NCBI GenBank assembly: GCA_002633005.1
Contig: NMRA01000304.1
Span: 467,077 to 531,076 of the forward strand
From: Phoronis australis
Lineage: Eukaryota > Animalia > Phoronida
Direction of reading: 5' to 3'
Length of the DNA stretch: 64,000 bases
A model generated the notes under the pieces. The model made no database searches and was not told the DNA's origin. It saw only the letters and a program-made list of their open reading frames with translations. The position numbers and the translations under genes are program-made. Below, in pieces: positions 47,741 to 59,966 of the stretch. Position 1 is the stretch's first letter, and each line of letters opens with the position of its first letter.

Positions 47741-48055
47741 ATCAACTGTAGCAGCCAAGGATTACTTTTCATTTTAAAATCATTTGAAAATGGAGACAAA
47801 AAGCAAAATATTTTGTATTTGATAGTGATTTTATTTTGGTTTTAAGACTGTTTCACTTTCAAATTTTCTTAATTGTTTTATATCTGATATTTTCACGAAC
47901 ACCTGTTTTTTTCAATATTTTCCATTTTAAACACAAAATAGTTTCAAATTGTTTTCTAAGATTTTCTATTTGAAAATACTTTACTTTTCAAATAAATTTC
48001 TTTTTCTTTAAAAATATACCGGGGTATTGTTTTCTCAGCAATGAAATTAAAGTTT

Positions 48056-48267
48056 GCTATTGGATGTTGGATGTCAACAAACTAACCAACTATCTATCCC
48101 TTTGTATAGCTTCATGATTTGACCACCAGGTGAGGCAGCTATTGGATGTTGCATGTTAACCACCTAACCAACTGTCTGTCCCTTTGTATAGCTTCATGAT
48201 TTGACCACCAGGTGGGGCAGCTATTTGATGTTGGATGTCAACCAACTAATCAACTATCTGTCCCTTT
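48056..48267 (+). repeat. 82-bp tandem repeat, about 2.6 copies
   Basis: Units start at 48056, 48138 and 48220 (GCTATTGGATGTTG...TTTGACCACCAGGTG.GGCA). Confidence 0.9.
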
Positions 48268-50925
48268 ATCAAGGTATGTTGGAAGTTAACCAACCACAAG
48301 GTGGCGTGTGCTTGGCTGTCATCCAAGTAAGGTGTACACCTAATTAGTTGGTTGACATCCATGTAAGATTCTGACATAATTGAAATTGCTCTCCGGAAAA
48401 GTCCTGCCATCATTCATGTCTGTAACTCAACATGCCCAAAAACAACTACTTTTCACTGGTGGATTCTTTATAGATGGTAATTAATCATTGCCACACTGTT
48501 AATTCTTACTTTGACAAAGACACAATTTTTCGAAAAGTTGATTTTAAATTTCAAAAAATCACCCTGGTTTTGTGAATTTTCGCCAACAGCCAGGGCTAAT
48601 CACCTTCAGCAGCCAATCACCTTACAGTTTATCGTTTTTCCCTGATCAGTGAATGTGGCTGCTTCCAAGGACAGCTATGTTGTTAATTTCGATTCTGTTC
48701 CTATATCGTCTGGTCTGCACAAATTCACCAATGTTTATGACATAATCAGGCTTTGTTCTTTTTGGTAGCATGAGCAGTTAGAACATGACTCAAGCTACTG
48801 TTTGCCTGTGTAGAACAACGACTGAACGGAGTAGCAGATCACCCAGTCTTCTGCCAGTTAAAAACAAGATGACCAGCGATATACTTTGAATGTAGATTTC
48901 CGCTGTTCTTTTTAATGTGAAGTAGTTATTCGCTAAATATAAATAGACCTTGTGTTCGCCTATTTTTTATCTTGCTTACTCACGTCGTGCTGTGGTGTTC
49001 AAGCACGCTCTGCCTGTGTCAACTAAACATGAAAACCTAACATAACTCCAATGTAGATTGAAACTATCTGGAAATAGAGAAGATAAATAACCCTGAGAGG
49101 CGAGGAACGCGATCCTAGCTCAACCGCAACTTTAAGAGTTTTTTTTTTTTCGTGAAAACCATAAAAATCTTATTTTTGATTTCCCCTCCTGCAAAAGTGT
49201 TGATAAAATATAAGCATATGTGCACTTCATCTTTGGCGCTCGTTGTTTCATTGCATCTAAACAAAATGGCGGACTCACTCCCTTCTATTGGAGACCCGGA
49301 GTTTTTAATTTCAGGGTACCAATTTCAACTGCTGCCACTAGAGACTGCCAACTATTAGAATTTAGAATTTGGAAACACGGTTTTTGTTAGAGGCTTTACT
49401 TTACAAGCCCATGGGTGCTTTTAGTTTCCAGAGATTACTTAAAAATTCAACGTTCCTGAATATAAAGCCGTGGGCTTTTTCGAAAATAAGACCATATCGT
49501 TTAAAGGGTATAAGGCAAGCCATTTTTCTTATTTTCTACCAATCAACACTGACCATAAACGTACATGGTTTTGGACTTGGCAGCCGGAGGGGTTACATGA
49601 CGTATTTTTTGCCTGAATATAGTGGTAGGAAAATTTGCCCCCCCCCCCCNCCCCCCCCCCCATCGCCGCCGATTTTCCGAAGAATCCCCGTTTTGCATGT
49701 CTTTCCTTATATGTATGTAGTCAAGTGGGTGTTGGTTGCAAAATCTAACGGAGGTCCAGTAATTATCCATCGACATATTCAATCACATTTTTTTCTCCAT
49801 AACAAATGACTTCAATCGGTTATAAACCATGTCTTTGTGTCTAAAACAACATTCTTCATATGCACATACGCTTTCAAAACGACATCGTTATCTTTTTGTC
49901 ATATGTCAGAAGTGAAATTGGTTACAATAAGTCATCTAAACAAATCCAATGTCACCTTTTCAGTATCTTGAAATTTCGGTTTCAGGGGTGAAACGTTCAC
50001 GCCGCGACCTGAAACGTATTATATTATTGAGCCTGATGCAAAGGTCCTATAGTTACAGTGTTCAGTATTGCTCACGCAAATTTCATTTTTACTGTCGCTC
50101 CTTTTTTCAACCGAGGTTCTGATTCTTTTATATTAGACCCCTTTAGATGTCGTTATGTGTAAACTTAAAAGTCAGTGTCCGTATGCTTTTATCGACATTC
50201 ATTTTAGATAGTTACGGATAACCTTTCGATCTGCCTTCCCTTATTGGCTACACACCTTGAAAGTCCCGGATGGCATCATCTGTCGTCATCAATTCTAATT
50301 GTACTCGGCTCATTATCAATCTCAAACGATTTCTGAGCATATTGATAATAAAAATCATTAAAAATCACAAAAGAAAACATTTTTCTGTTTTTATTTGCGA
50401 TTAGGGTATAAACGTGAGCACGTTAGCCACCCGGACTATATGTGATACCTCTTCTCCGTAAAGTTTTTATGGCAAAGTCATGTTACATACAAACAACACA
50501 CATCGCGATCACTGAAGCTATCAGCGCTCGTTATATGTGGTGTTGTCAAGCTATTAAAGTTTTAAGTGGGTATTATTCTCTTTTAATTTTCCTTATGGTA
50601 ATGAAGTAAAGTAGCCGGTCATTTAGTAAACACCACCCTCATTGCTTAGTGTCAAGCTTATAAACGGTTCTAGCCAATGAAAAGCAAGGTCACATGCAAA
50701 GAGCACCTTCTTATGTGTCTGCTTCCAAGGAAGCCAATAGATTATATTAGCTGCCCATGAGACTAAACGACACTGATCTATTCTGGCTCATGACCTTGAG
50801 TAACTTATCAACACAGGCTGACCCTCCCAATAAAGACACAGACTGGTCCCCTCTCAACAATAATTCAATTTTAAACTTTTAACTTTATGTCAATACCCAC
50901 TGTGTTATAACAGCAATACATATAG

Positions 50926-52520
50926 AAGAGCAACGCAGAGCGTCGAAATGCGCCCACGAATGCATGGCAAATGGTGTGCTTTTAGGGTTATTTATTTGTA
51001 TCATAAAAATGGCCACTAGATGGCGCAAAAACGTACAATCCATCCAAAAACGGGAACATGCCATATTTCATAAACATCCGCTGCCAAGGAACTTCGAAGA
51101 AACAAAAGAAAACAGAACAAAATGAAATTGCCACTTGTGGACACAGAATCCGTTCCATCCGCCTGAAAGTCGTCGTCTGTTATCTTCATATAAATTCACT
51201 TTCTAAATTTAATAAAGATCCTGCAGTGGGTTTAGGAGATACAGCTATGGGTGCAAAACAAAACAAAACTACCACTAGGAGGCGCCACAGTAGTCAGTCG
51301 CCATCATCAAACGTCCTCTTCACACTGGAAACATATACGCCAATTTTCAAAACCATCCCTAGAATGATTTGGTTGATCGAGGGGTGGACGCCAAAACAAG
51401 ATGGTAAACGTAAAAAACTAAAATTGCCACTAGGGGGCACACCAGTAATTAGATCTGTCTGAAAGTCGTCGTCGTCCATTGTCAACATCATATAAATACA
51501 CTTGCTAAATTAAATAAAGATCGTGCAAACGTTTAATAGATACAGCCATGAGCGCAAAAAAAAGAAAGCTGCCACTAGGAGGCACCACAGTAGTCGAACT
51601 CAGAAAATCGTCGTCAGCCGGCCACTTCATAGTAAAAACAAACGTGCAAATTTTCGCAATTATCCTGAAAGCAGTTTGGTTGATAGACGAGTAGACGCCA
51701 AAAAACACTCGAAAACAGAAAAATGGCCACTAGGTGGCGCAAACTAGGTCGAATCCATTTGAAAACGGATAGATAGTGTCACCTCGTTAACAGGATGCCT
51801 GTATGCCAAATTTTATGAAAATACGTTGAGGACCTTTGAACATACAGAGGTAAACGTAAAAAATAAAATTGCCACTAGGTGGCACACCAGTGGTCAGGTC
51901 CGTCTGAAAGTCGTCGTCCTCCGTTGTTAACATCACATAAATACACTTACTAAATTTAGTAAAGATTCTGCGAACGGTTTAGGAGATACAGCCATAGGCG
52001 CAAAAACAAACTGCCACTAGGAGGCGCCAGAGTAGTCGAAGTCGTCGAAAAATCATCGTCAGCCGTCCACTCCATAGTAAGAACATTCATGCCAATTTTC
52101 ACAATCATGCTTTGAGCGGTTTGGCTGATAGAGGGGTGGACGCAAAAAAACAGACTCGAAAACAGTAAAAATGGCCACTAGGTGGCGCAAACTACGTCAA
52201 ATCTATCTGAAAACGGAAGGATAGCATCATCTCACTAATAGGTGCCTATATACCAAAATTTATGAAAATCCGTTCAGAACTTTTGAAGATACAGAGGTAA
52301 ACGTAGAAAACTAAAATTGCCGCTCGGGGGGCACACCGGTAGTCGGATCCGTCCCAAAGTTTGCTCATGCAGTCTCATCCACGAAAGGAACACAAACGTC
52401 AAGGCGTTTTGGAGATAGATCAGCGGACGCCAGACGGACGGACGCCGGACGCCGGACGAACGGACGGACGGACGGAGATGACGGCATAATGCCTCCACAT
52501 AGAAATATGTGGGCACATAA
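50926..52520 (-). mobile_element. Apparently full-length Helentron-associated (HINE-like) element with about ten 150-bp core units
   Basis: Same ends as 27781-28555; (GGAC)n at about 52425-52475; CCACTAG(G/A)NGGC recurs about every 150 bp. Confidence 0.75.
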
Positions 52521-53398
52521 TGATTCGCAGGACAATAGTAAGTATTGTCAGACTAAAACCTAACGCCCCTCGGGTGATAATTCTCCAAAATCCACTCGGG
52601 CTCTAGATAACGGGAGATAACGACTCCGCCATGTAATAATCTATATTTGTACATTTTTTGTAAAAAATTTAAAAAAAATTGCTGATATTACTACAAGCTA
52701 AGCAGCATATGCAATAAATCAAAAGTAAATTTACGCCAGAAATTCCGTTGAAGAATAAAACTTCGAAATAATGCACGTTTTGCGCTAAAAACTAATCCAA
52801 AAAGAATTTATGCTCCTTTCTACAAAAAAAAACTGCTTTGCATAAATGCATGTAATAAATATTCATATCCGCTGTCAGGGCAACCCTTTATTGGATTTTG
52901 TAAAATGACGCTTTGTGTGCTCCGGGGGTGGAGAATCCGCGTCAACCAGAGGGGGGACAGCGTGAATAGTGTGTATGGAGCAAAGGCACGACGTGTATTT
53001 AAAATGCATACTTGATGTTTCTAAAATGTTCAGACTACAGGTGTGAGTAAACGACTTGCTTTGTTGCGTTTTTTGCAAGAAACACTTGTTAGTATTCTCT
53101 ACTATACATTCTTAGCTTGATTGTGTGCAACCCTCTTACGGTGATGTGGGAAGAAACTGTGCTAAGTGTTCCCCCAGCCACTTACACTAAACCAAAACGC
53201 CGTGAGTTATCATATAAAAATATTTTTATATAACAACGATCGTTTTAATTACATAAACAAGGAACGTGTGCTGAATCATACATGACAATGAACAGCTCAG
53301 CATAAATCTAACAATACTTAAACTTCAAAAACAGCCAGAACAAAAAACATTTAAGTTAATTATGGTACAGTCCGTTTCTATCAAATACAGACGACTCT

Positions 53399-54181
53399 TC
53401 ATTCGTCATTCTCAGTCACTTCTACGTTCTTTTCGTTCTTTTCCTCTTCTTCATTGACATTTACTTCAACGGGCATCACTTTGGGGACTTTCACTTCTAA
53501 CATACCGTCTTTAGTAAATTTCGAAGAAATCCGCTCAACGTCCACATCTGACGGCAAACGAATCCGCTGAAATGTTTCCCTGTAACCGTGCTCGTCGTCT
53601 TCTTTGGCGTGAATTTCCACAGCCTTGGCTCTAACTTTCACGTCTATATCGTCAGTAGAAAATGTCGGCAGCGGCACTTTTAAAACTTTGTCCGTTCCCT
53701 CGTCGATAAATGACTGAACATCGGTTTTAAAATGTTCACTTTCCCGGGGTCCTTTTCCCGCTACTTGTTTCAAAGGTGCGTATATGGTTAGCGTGCCGTC
53801 TTTCTCTGCGTACGATGTTTTCACATTTTGGTCGTCAACGTCGTTGGGCAGTTGAATTTTTCTTTTAAACTCTCGACGATCCATGTTGTCCTCGTCTCCC
53901 TCTTCATGAGTAGCGCTGACAATCACAGAACCAGCTTGTGTTTTCACAAGGATTTCTTCAGGCGAATAGCCGGGCATAAACAACCTCTGGGACCAAGACT
54001 TACGTCGAGCGGGCTTTCTCGAGAGCTTAGAGACACTGTCGGTGATCCAGGGCAACCAGAAATCTTCAATGTAGTCAAAAAAGCCCTCGCCGGATTCTTC
54101 AGTCATTGGGAAGAGAAACTTCGTCCTCTTCACTTGTGGCTCACAGAGAAATGGTCGTCGTTGTGCTAAAACTAGCGTCAT
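53399..54181 (-). CDS. Small heat-shock protein (HSP20 family) with two alpha-crystallin domains, 260 aa, intronless
   Basis: ACD1: MPGYSPEEILVK...ATHEE...RREFKRKIQLPNDVD...DGTLTIYAP. ACD2: LPTFSTDDIDVKV...RIRLPSDVDVERISSKFTKDGMLEVKVP. Followed by an acidic tail. Confidence 0.93.
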   Translation of the reverse strand: MTLVLAQRRPFLCEPQVKRTKFLFPMTEESGEGFFDYIEDFWLPWITDSVSKLSRKPARRKSWSQRLFMPGYSPEEILVKTQAGSVIVSATHEEGDEDNMDRREFKRKIQLPNDVDDQNVKTSYAEKDGTLTIYAPLKQVAGKGPRESEHFKTDVQSFIDEGTDKVLKVPLPTFSTDDIDVKVRAKAVEIHAKEDDEHGYRETFQRIRLPSDVDVERISSKFTKDGMLEVKVPKVMPVEVNVNEEEEKNEKNVEVTENDE

Positions 54182-54724
54182 CCTGTTTTCCCTTCCGATC
54201 GATGTTTCAAGTAACAGCTGAAAACCGAGGTTTAAATGTTCTTAATATCAACTTCGTCTCACCTTTGCGACGATTCTGCATGTTTCACTCAGATTCTGTG
54301 CTTATATGGGGATCGGCAAGCGATCTAGAAACTGGTCGAATGTTCGCGAACGCCGGCCTTACCCAACCCTGTAATGTTCTGGAAAACACAGAAGGGAATC
54401 CCACTGTCACGTGGCAGTGTAAAGACCAATGAGATAAGACGTCAACAGAGGGCAGCATTTTCGATGACCTGTCTGACATAATGACGTAGTGCGGAATTCC
54501 CTTCCGTGTTTTCCAGAACATTCGGGAGCTCGGTAGAAAGTTTGCGAATATTCGACCGGTTTCTGGAACTGTTACCGATTACTATATAAGCATAGTGTCT
54601 GTGTGAAGCATGTAGTATCGCGACAAGCAAGTGTCGACGTTTATAGTGTCACGAAACGAAACAATTTTTCAGTACCACTTTCACTAGACGGCAGTGTACA
54701 CTCGACTTGAAAGCGGAACAAAGA
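54182..54724. promoter_or_regulatory. Bidirectional heat-shock promoter with multiple HSEs and two TATA-like boxes
   Basis: Perfect 3-unit HSEs cGAAtgTTCgcGAAc (54337-54351) and tTTCcaGAAcaTTCg (54510-54524). Further nGAAn arrays at 54376-54385, 54535-54554, 54560-54569. TATA-like ctTATAtg (54301-54308, minus gene) and cTATATAAg (54582-54590, plus gene). Central CACGTG (54408), CCAAT (54426), TGACGT (54482). Confidence 0.88.
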
Positions 54725-55498
54725 ATGACACTCATTTTACAACGACAACCATTTTTTTGTGGGACACTTGTGAAGAGGCCTAAGTTTCTCTTCCAGACGA
54801 CTAAAGAATTCGACGAGAGTTGTTTTGAAGGCTCAGTGGAATTGCTGTGGCCTTGGATCAATGACTGTGACTCTAGACTCGCGAGAAAGAACGCCCGCAG
54901 TAACTCGTGGTCTTGGAGTTTGTTTATGCCCGGCTATTCGCCTGAGGAAATCCATGTGAAAACACAAGATGGTTCTGTGATTGTCAGCGCAACGCACGAG
55001 GAAGATGATGGGGTCAACATGGATCGCAGAGAATTTAAAAGAACAATTCGCCTACCTGACGATGTCGACTCACAAAGTGTGAAAACTTCTTACGCAGACA
55101 AAAATGGCACGTTAACTATACACGCACCTGTGAAACGCGTAGAAAACCAACTCGGGGAAAACGGACATTTTGCACATTTGCAGTCATTTATCGATGAAGG
55201 AAATGACAAGGTCTTAAAAATGACGCTGCCGGGATTCTCTCCTGGTGATATTGACGTGAAAGTTAAAGACAGTATGCTGGAAATTCACGCAAAGCAAGGC
55301 GACGACCATGGTTACAGGGAAACATTTAATCGGATTCGTCTGCCGTCAGATGTCGACGTTGAGCGGATTTCTTCGAAATGTACTAAAGACGGTGTGCTGA
55401 AGGTGAAAGCCCCCAAAGTGATACCCGTTGAACTGCAAATTAATAGTGAGGAGAAAAAGAACGAATACAATACTGAGGAGACTTCAAATGACGACTGA
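54725..55498 (+). CDS. Small heat-shock protein (HSP20 family) with two alpha-crystallin domains, 257 aa, intronless; paralog of the upstream gene
   Basis: ATG at 54725 (MTLILQRQPF) aligns with MTLVLAQRRPF of the paralog; the track start at 54707 is a TTG. Two ACDs, IPV (IXI/V-type) motif and acidic tail. Confidence 0.93.
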   Translation: MTLILQRQPFFCGTLVKRPKFLFQTTKEFDESCFEGSVELLWPWINDCDSRLARKNARSNSWSWSLFMPGYSPEEIHVKTQDGSVIVSATHEEDDGVNMDRREFKRTIRLPDDVDSQSVKTSYADKNGTLTIHAPVKRVENQLGENGHFAHLQSFIDEGNDKVLKMTLPGFSPGDIDVKVKDSMLEIHAKQGDDHGYRETFNRIRLPSDVDVERISSKCTKDGVLKVKAPKVIPVELQINSEEKKNEYNTEETSNDD

Positions 55499-58400
55499 CT
55501 GCCTCTGGCCGTTAACATCAATACCAAAATTTATCATTATCATTATTATTACGGTATTATTATTATTACGTCTTCTTGAGTCACTGATGGTTTCGATGTT
55601 CTTGTCGATAACAGAGATAAAATCCTATCAAGCGACAGTTAAAGGTCTCATTCGATTTTTGGTTTTATCCAGCTAAACAAGGACAATGCGTCTTTAATAT
55701 TTACAATGTCTGTGTAGTAAGAAACACTGAGTGTTCTGTTTTTGGTTCGGTGGTATAATTCCAAAAATTAGGTCGGCTTTTGAAATTTTTCAGATTTGTC
55801 ACACACCCAGAGTTAACGTTGTCAGATTTATTCAACGAGATGAGTTTCCACCCGCGGAAGAGTTTCTTTGCAACGAACTCTAGGGAGGAACGGCGATTGG
55901 GCTGGTCCCGTTTTGGCTCCCCTCCTCCTTCGTGGTTACGCCAGTGCTACGTAGGCATTTGTATAGATTATATGATGACGGTTGTGCCATATGCCGCGTC
56001 AACTGCATGTTTTGGTGTTAGATTCATGCTAAACCTGTTTACTTAAACGCACCTATTTGTTCATAAAGTATAACCAATGAATTAAAATGTAAATGTTTTC
56101 ACTCATGGTGTTGTACCTTTAGTATTTGGTCACTTGGCTGCTTCATCACGAGGCTTCATCACTCTTTCCCGCATGCCGGGCGAGACTTGCATAAAACCCG
56201 GGGTGAGTTCCATAGACGCAAGAACCCCGCGAAAGAAGCAAGTATGATTACGTGCTTCGTTTGTAAATACATGGCGATGTCTAGCGAAGTCTCGAATTTT
56301 TGCGAGTTTCTTACGTATGCTGGGAACACACACCCGATCGGTCATCGAATGGGCTATTGTGTAACACATTTGGGCGCGTGATGCTGATATAGAATTAATT
56401 TCAACCTCGTGAAAACGTGACTCCAACGGTAGCAAATCAAGTTTGAGATGACCTTGGGTCACTTTTCACTGTGTCTAAATTTAACTTTCACCGTGTCTAA
56501 ATTTAACGGTGAATAATTTTCATTATAGCCCCCCTCCCCTCCTCTCTCGTGCACGATCAACGAAAAACAAGAATACCGTTTTGGGGGCTGCGCGGACGTT
56601 TTCCCATCGAAAACTAAACTGAGGTTGTTCTCCCCAATGATATGATAGATCCTCCAGTGTTCAACCCGTAGAAAATGAACTTGCCACTGATGAAAACTTG
56701 TCAGCTAGTTCAAAGTGTGCCTATATATGGGGGATGAGTAATTTTTCAACGGTTTTGTATGTTAGATCAACTATTTAATCAAAATATTGCAACACGTTTT
56801 TAGTTTCCCCTCGTTATCGTTGTTGTTCGGGCGATGTCTTTCTTGAGGTACGTTCTTTTCCGGTCGTCATCTTCCTTGGCTTAGGTCTCGTTCACGTCGT
56901 CGTCATCGGCGTTTGTCGCGTCACAGTCTTAAGACGGCGGTGTCTGTGGAAGGGTGGCGCTAGCAAGGAACCCATGGGGAAGACCGAAGCAAACGTTGGA
57001 GGAGATACGTTTTGACAGGGGGAGGACGGGCGGCAACGTTGTCTCGCATAGTTCCGCAGTGGCGTTGTCCCACGTGTTACATGTACGTCGAATTATAGTT
57101 TTTGCATTCCTCATATCGCTTTCAGTTATCCAGTGAAGGAAAAGTCCCTGATTATGCATACATTAAATTAGCCGTCACATGTCAGGGGCGGATCCAGGAT
57201 TTTTAGTTAGGGGACGGGCCGCGGCTGAGTATTATCCAGAATTTTGCCCGTCAGACATTCACACCCCCAAACTGCCACTTTCTTATGATAGGAGCACTTA
57301 GAATGCACCCTATAGTATGTACGGAAATGGATGTCTGTATCATCCGGGAACCTTACATGGGGGCCAAAATTTGAGCTACTGAGTTAAATAACGACCAAAG
57401 CAGATTTAAAATGAGCAATCGTGCCACACTGAGCATCTATGACAGACAAACTGCACTCTAGAAATTTCCCGTCAGAAACAAAAAATGATCCCCCAAAACT
57501 GAGGTAGATCAAACAGTCGATGTACAACAAAAAATAATTCCGTATGATATAGTACACAGCCCTGGTCACAATGGTCTATGGATAGACAACATGCACTCTG
57601 GGTTGGATCTACCAGAAAATCACCTCCGGAATTCTCTTACTCAAGGTATGGACCAAAATTGATTTAAAATTAACTATCATGCCACACTGAGTACCAATTA
57701 ACCCATGAGACAAAAATTACAAACTAGAAAGAGCCCAGATGAGACGAAAAATGGCCTTCAATAATTGAGTTTTTTCAACGTTCGAGGCAAGTACACAAAA
57801 ACATGACTCAGTATACATGCCTTGGCCACTAGCCTTTGCCAAAAGTATGCTGGGTTGGGTCCATTCGAGATCCCAAAAACTACTTAATGCTTGTGAAATT
57901 TACAGCTAAATTAGACAAACGACACAGCGCAGATAAGGCTGGTTGACAGGCCTAGAAGACGTCAAATGCTTTGTTCAGCAATGGCAACCCTGTCTTGGGT
58001 CAATAGATGGCGTTATAAGTCTGAACGACAAATGCTTCAGACATTTCGGTTTCGTACGATGTATCGATGCAACAAAAAAAGAAGACAGTGTGCCTGATAA
58101 GATACAAAATGTTTTAGTTTATTTTTAGTTCCCAAAGTATATTACATAAACCACTTGGCAATTGGGATATCGTTTAATTACTTAGTTGATTTCACGGAAA
58201 GGGGGATTGCCGTTGCTGAAGCTTTTTCTGGGACAATGTTATCACTCGCAGCGGAGAAGGGGTGTCGTTTCGCCCTCTCAAGCAAAAGTGAGCGCATCGA
58301 CCAATTAATGGCGTAAAAATCCAATACTAACGACCAGGAGAAAACACGCAATGTTTTCAAATTAGGCTGTGTTGTGAAACGAAGTTTAATCGACATAAAA

Positions 58401-59155
58401 TCAATAGCACACGCGTTTATATGTCGCAATCAATATACTAGCATAAGCCAGTTGAGTCGTATGTTGTTCACTTGCACGTGTCAGGCTTGTATGTCATCTA
58501 TGATGTGTCGTGGTTTTGTTAGCATTGACACCACAACATTCTTGCTCAGAATTCAAACGTACTGATCTCCACTAAAAGGTCTGAGTACACATCTTCAAAA
58601 TCTAGAGGTTCTTCTAGTTGACTTCATTGTAAGCATGTTATTTCAACTGATAATTTTTGATGGATTGTGACAGTAACATGACACTCCTGCTCAATGGCAA
58701 CTCATTACCTGCAGAAGGAAATGTCAGCCTGCAGAAAAACTGTACGACGGAACTTTCCCTTTAAGATTGCTGTCTTTCATTTCTTATAATGACTATTTTA
58801 GGGAAAGCAGCTAGTTCAACTTTTCTTCACAGCTTACGAAACAAAAACTTTCGAGATTGTCATGAAATAGCTCGCTGATACTGAACAAGGGAAATTGTTT
58901 CATTTAAGGTTCGCGCACCAGCAAACCAGCCTCCCATTCAGTAACGCAAGGACCTCGCTAAAAAGCAAGACTTCGAGAGATTACGCGAGACATTGCAGTT
59001 TATTTTGAATGAGAACACGCGATTTTGATTAGATTTTAGTTAAGTCCCAAAGTAAGCCCTAGCGTTACGAACGCGCCAGTATTCGTTGATCAGGACACGG
59101 TGCTATATATGGCTCGATAAGTAGCCCTGGTGCGCGTCCCTTAAACACAAGAACC

Positions 59156-59294
59156 CATGGGCGGCGGACCATAGGGGGCTGGGGGGNGGGGGCTATCATC
59201 AGTGCTACGCCGGACATGGTCTGTAGGCGGTGCACCACAGGGGGGAGCTGAGGGGCTTTAGCTCCCCCCACTTTTCAATGCTGCGCCGCCCATG
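59156..59294. mobile_element. CAT...ATG MITE with 5-bp TSD (GAACC); contains an N
   Basis: gaacc|CATGGGCGGCG ... CGCCGCCCATG|gaacc. Confidence 0.7.
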
Positions 59295-59532
59295 GAACCT
59301 CGAGGAACACACAAGATCTCACAAGATTCATGGACGGTTTTCGAGAAATAATGTCATTATCACAGAGAGAAGCATGTGATCACAAAAGTGCCGGTGTACA
59401 GAATGAAGTTTCTGTGGTCGTGTGTAGCCTTCATGTGAAACAATTTTTCATTTTGTTCAGTTTTCGACAGAAAGAAACTAGGGGACAAATCTAGTGATGC
59501 TTGTGCTCTGCCAAACAAAGCCCAGTGAAAAC

Positions 59533-59966
59533 TGTACGTGCTGTACGTGACCTTGGAATCCTGCTTATCTCAAGATTAAGCGGAAGTTAGTGTTGCTCGG
59601 CGAACTTGCAATACGCGAGGCAACTTCATAAGTTCACTCAAATAATCACATTCATGTTCATAAAAATGTACACTGCTCTAAATCAAGTTACGTTAGAATA
59701 AAAAATGTCAATTTTAAGCAACCTTATCAACTACGAGCGACCAGTTTCACCAAATAATAATCGATTTAGCCATTCAGCTATTCCTCCGGTTCAGCGACAC
59801 AAGTTAGGGTAAAGGAGAAAATGGTTGATCACGAGGCCAATAATTACAAAAAGTCTTTCCACCTAACAAAAATTTCACCTTCTTGCCTTAAAGAATATTC
59901 ATTTCCAAGTTCACGCATACATGATCTTGAGATTAAGCAGGATTCCTAGTTCACGCACAGCATACG
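59533..59966. repeat. Inverted repeat pair, probably a decayed MITE
   Basis: GCTGTACGTGACCTTGGAATCCTGCTTATCTCAAGAT (about 59540-59576) vs ATCTTGAGATTAAGCAGGATTCCTAGTTCACGCACAGC (about 59924-59961). Confidence 0.6.

Noticed and set aside
49255-49280. YY1-like AAAATGGCGG motif as the promoter of an unannotated gene
   Set aside because: No downstream exons could be recognised; such motifs are common in repeats.
54707-54724. N-terminal extension MKAEQR of the plus-strand sHSP
   Set aside because: Starts at TTG; the ATG at 54725 aligns with the paralog's start.
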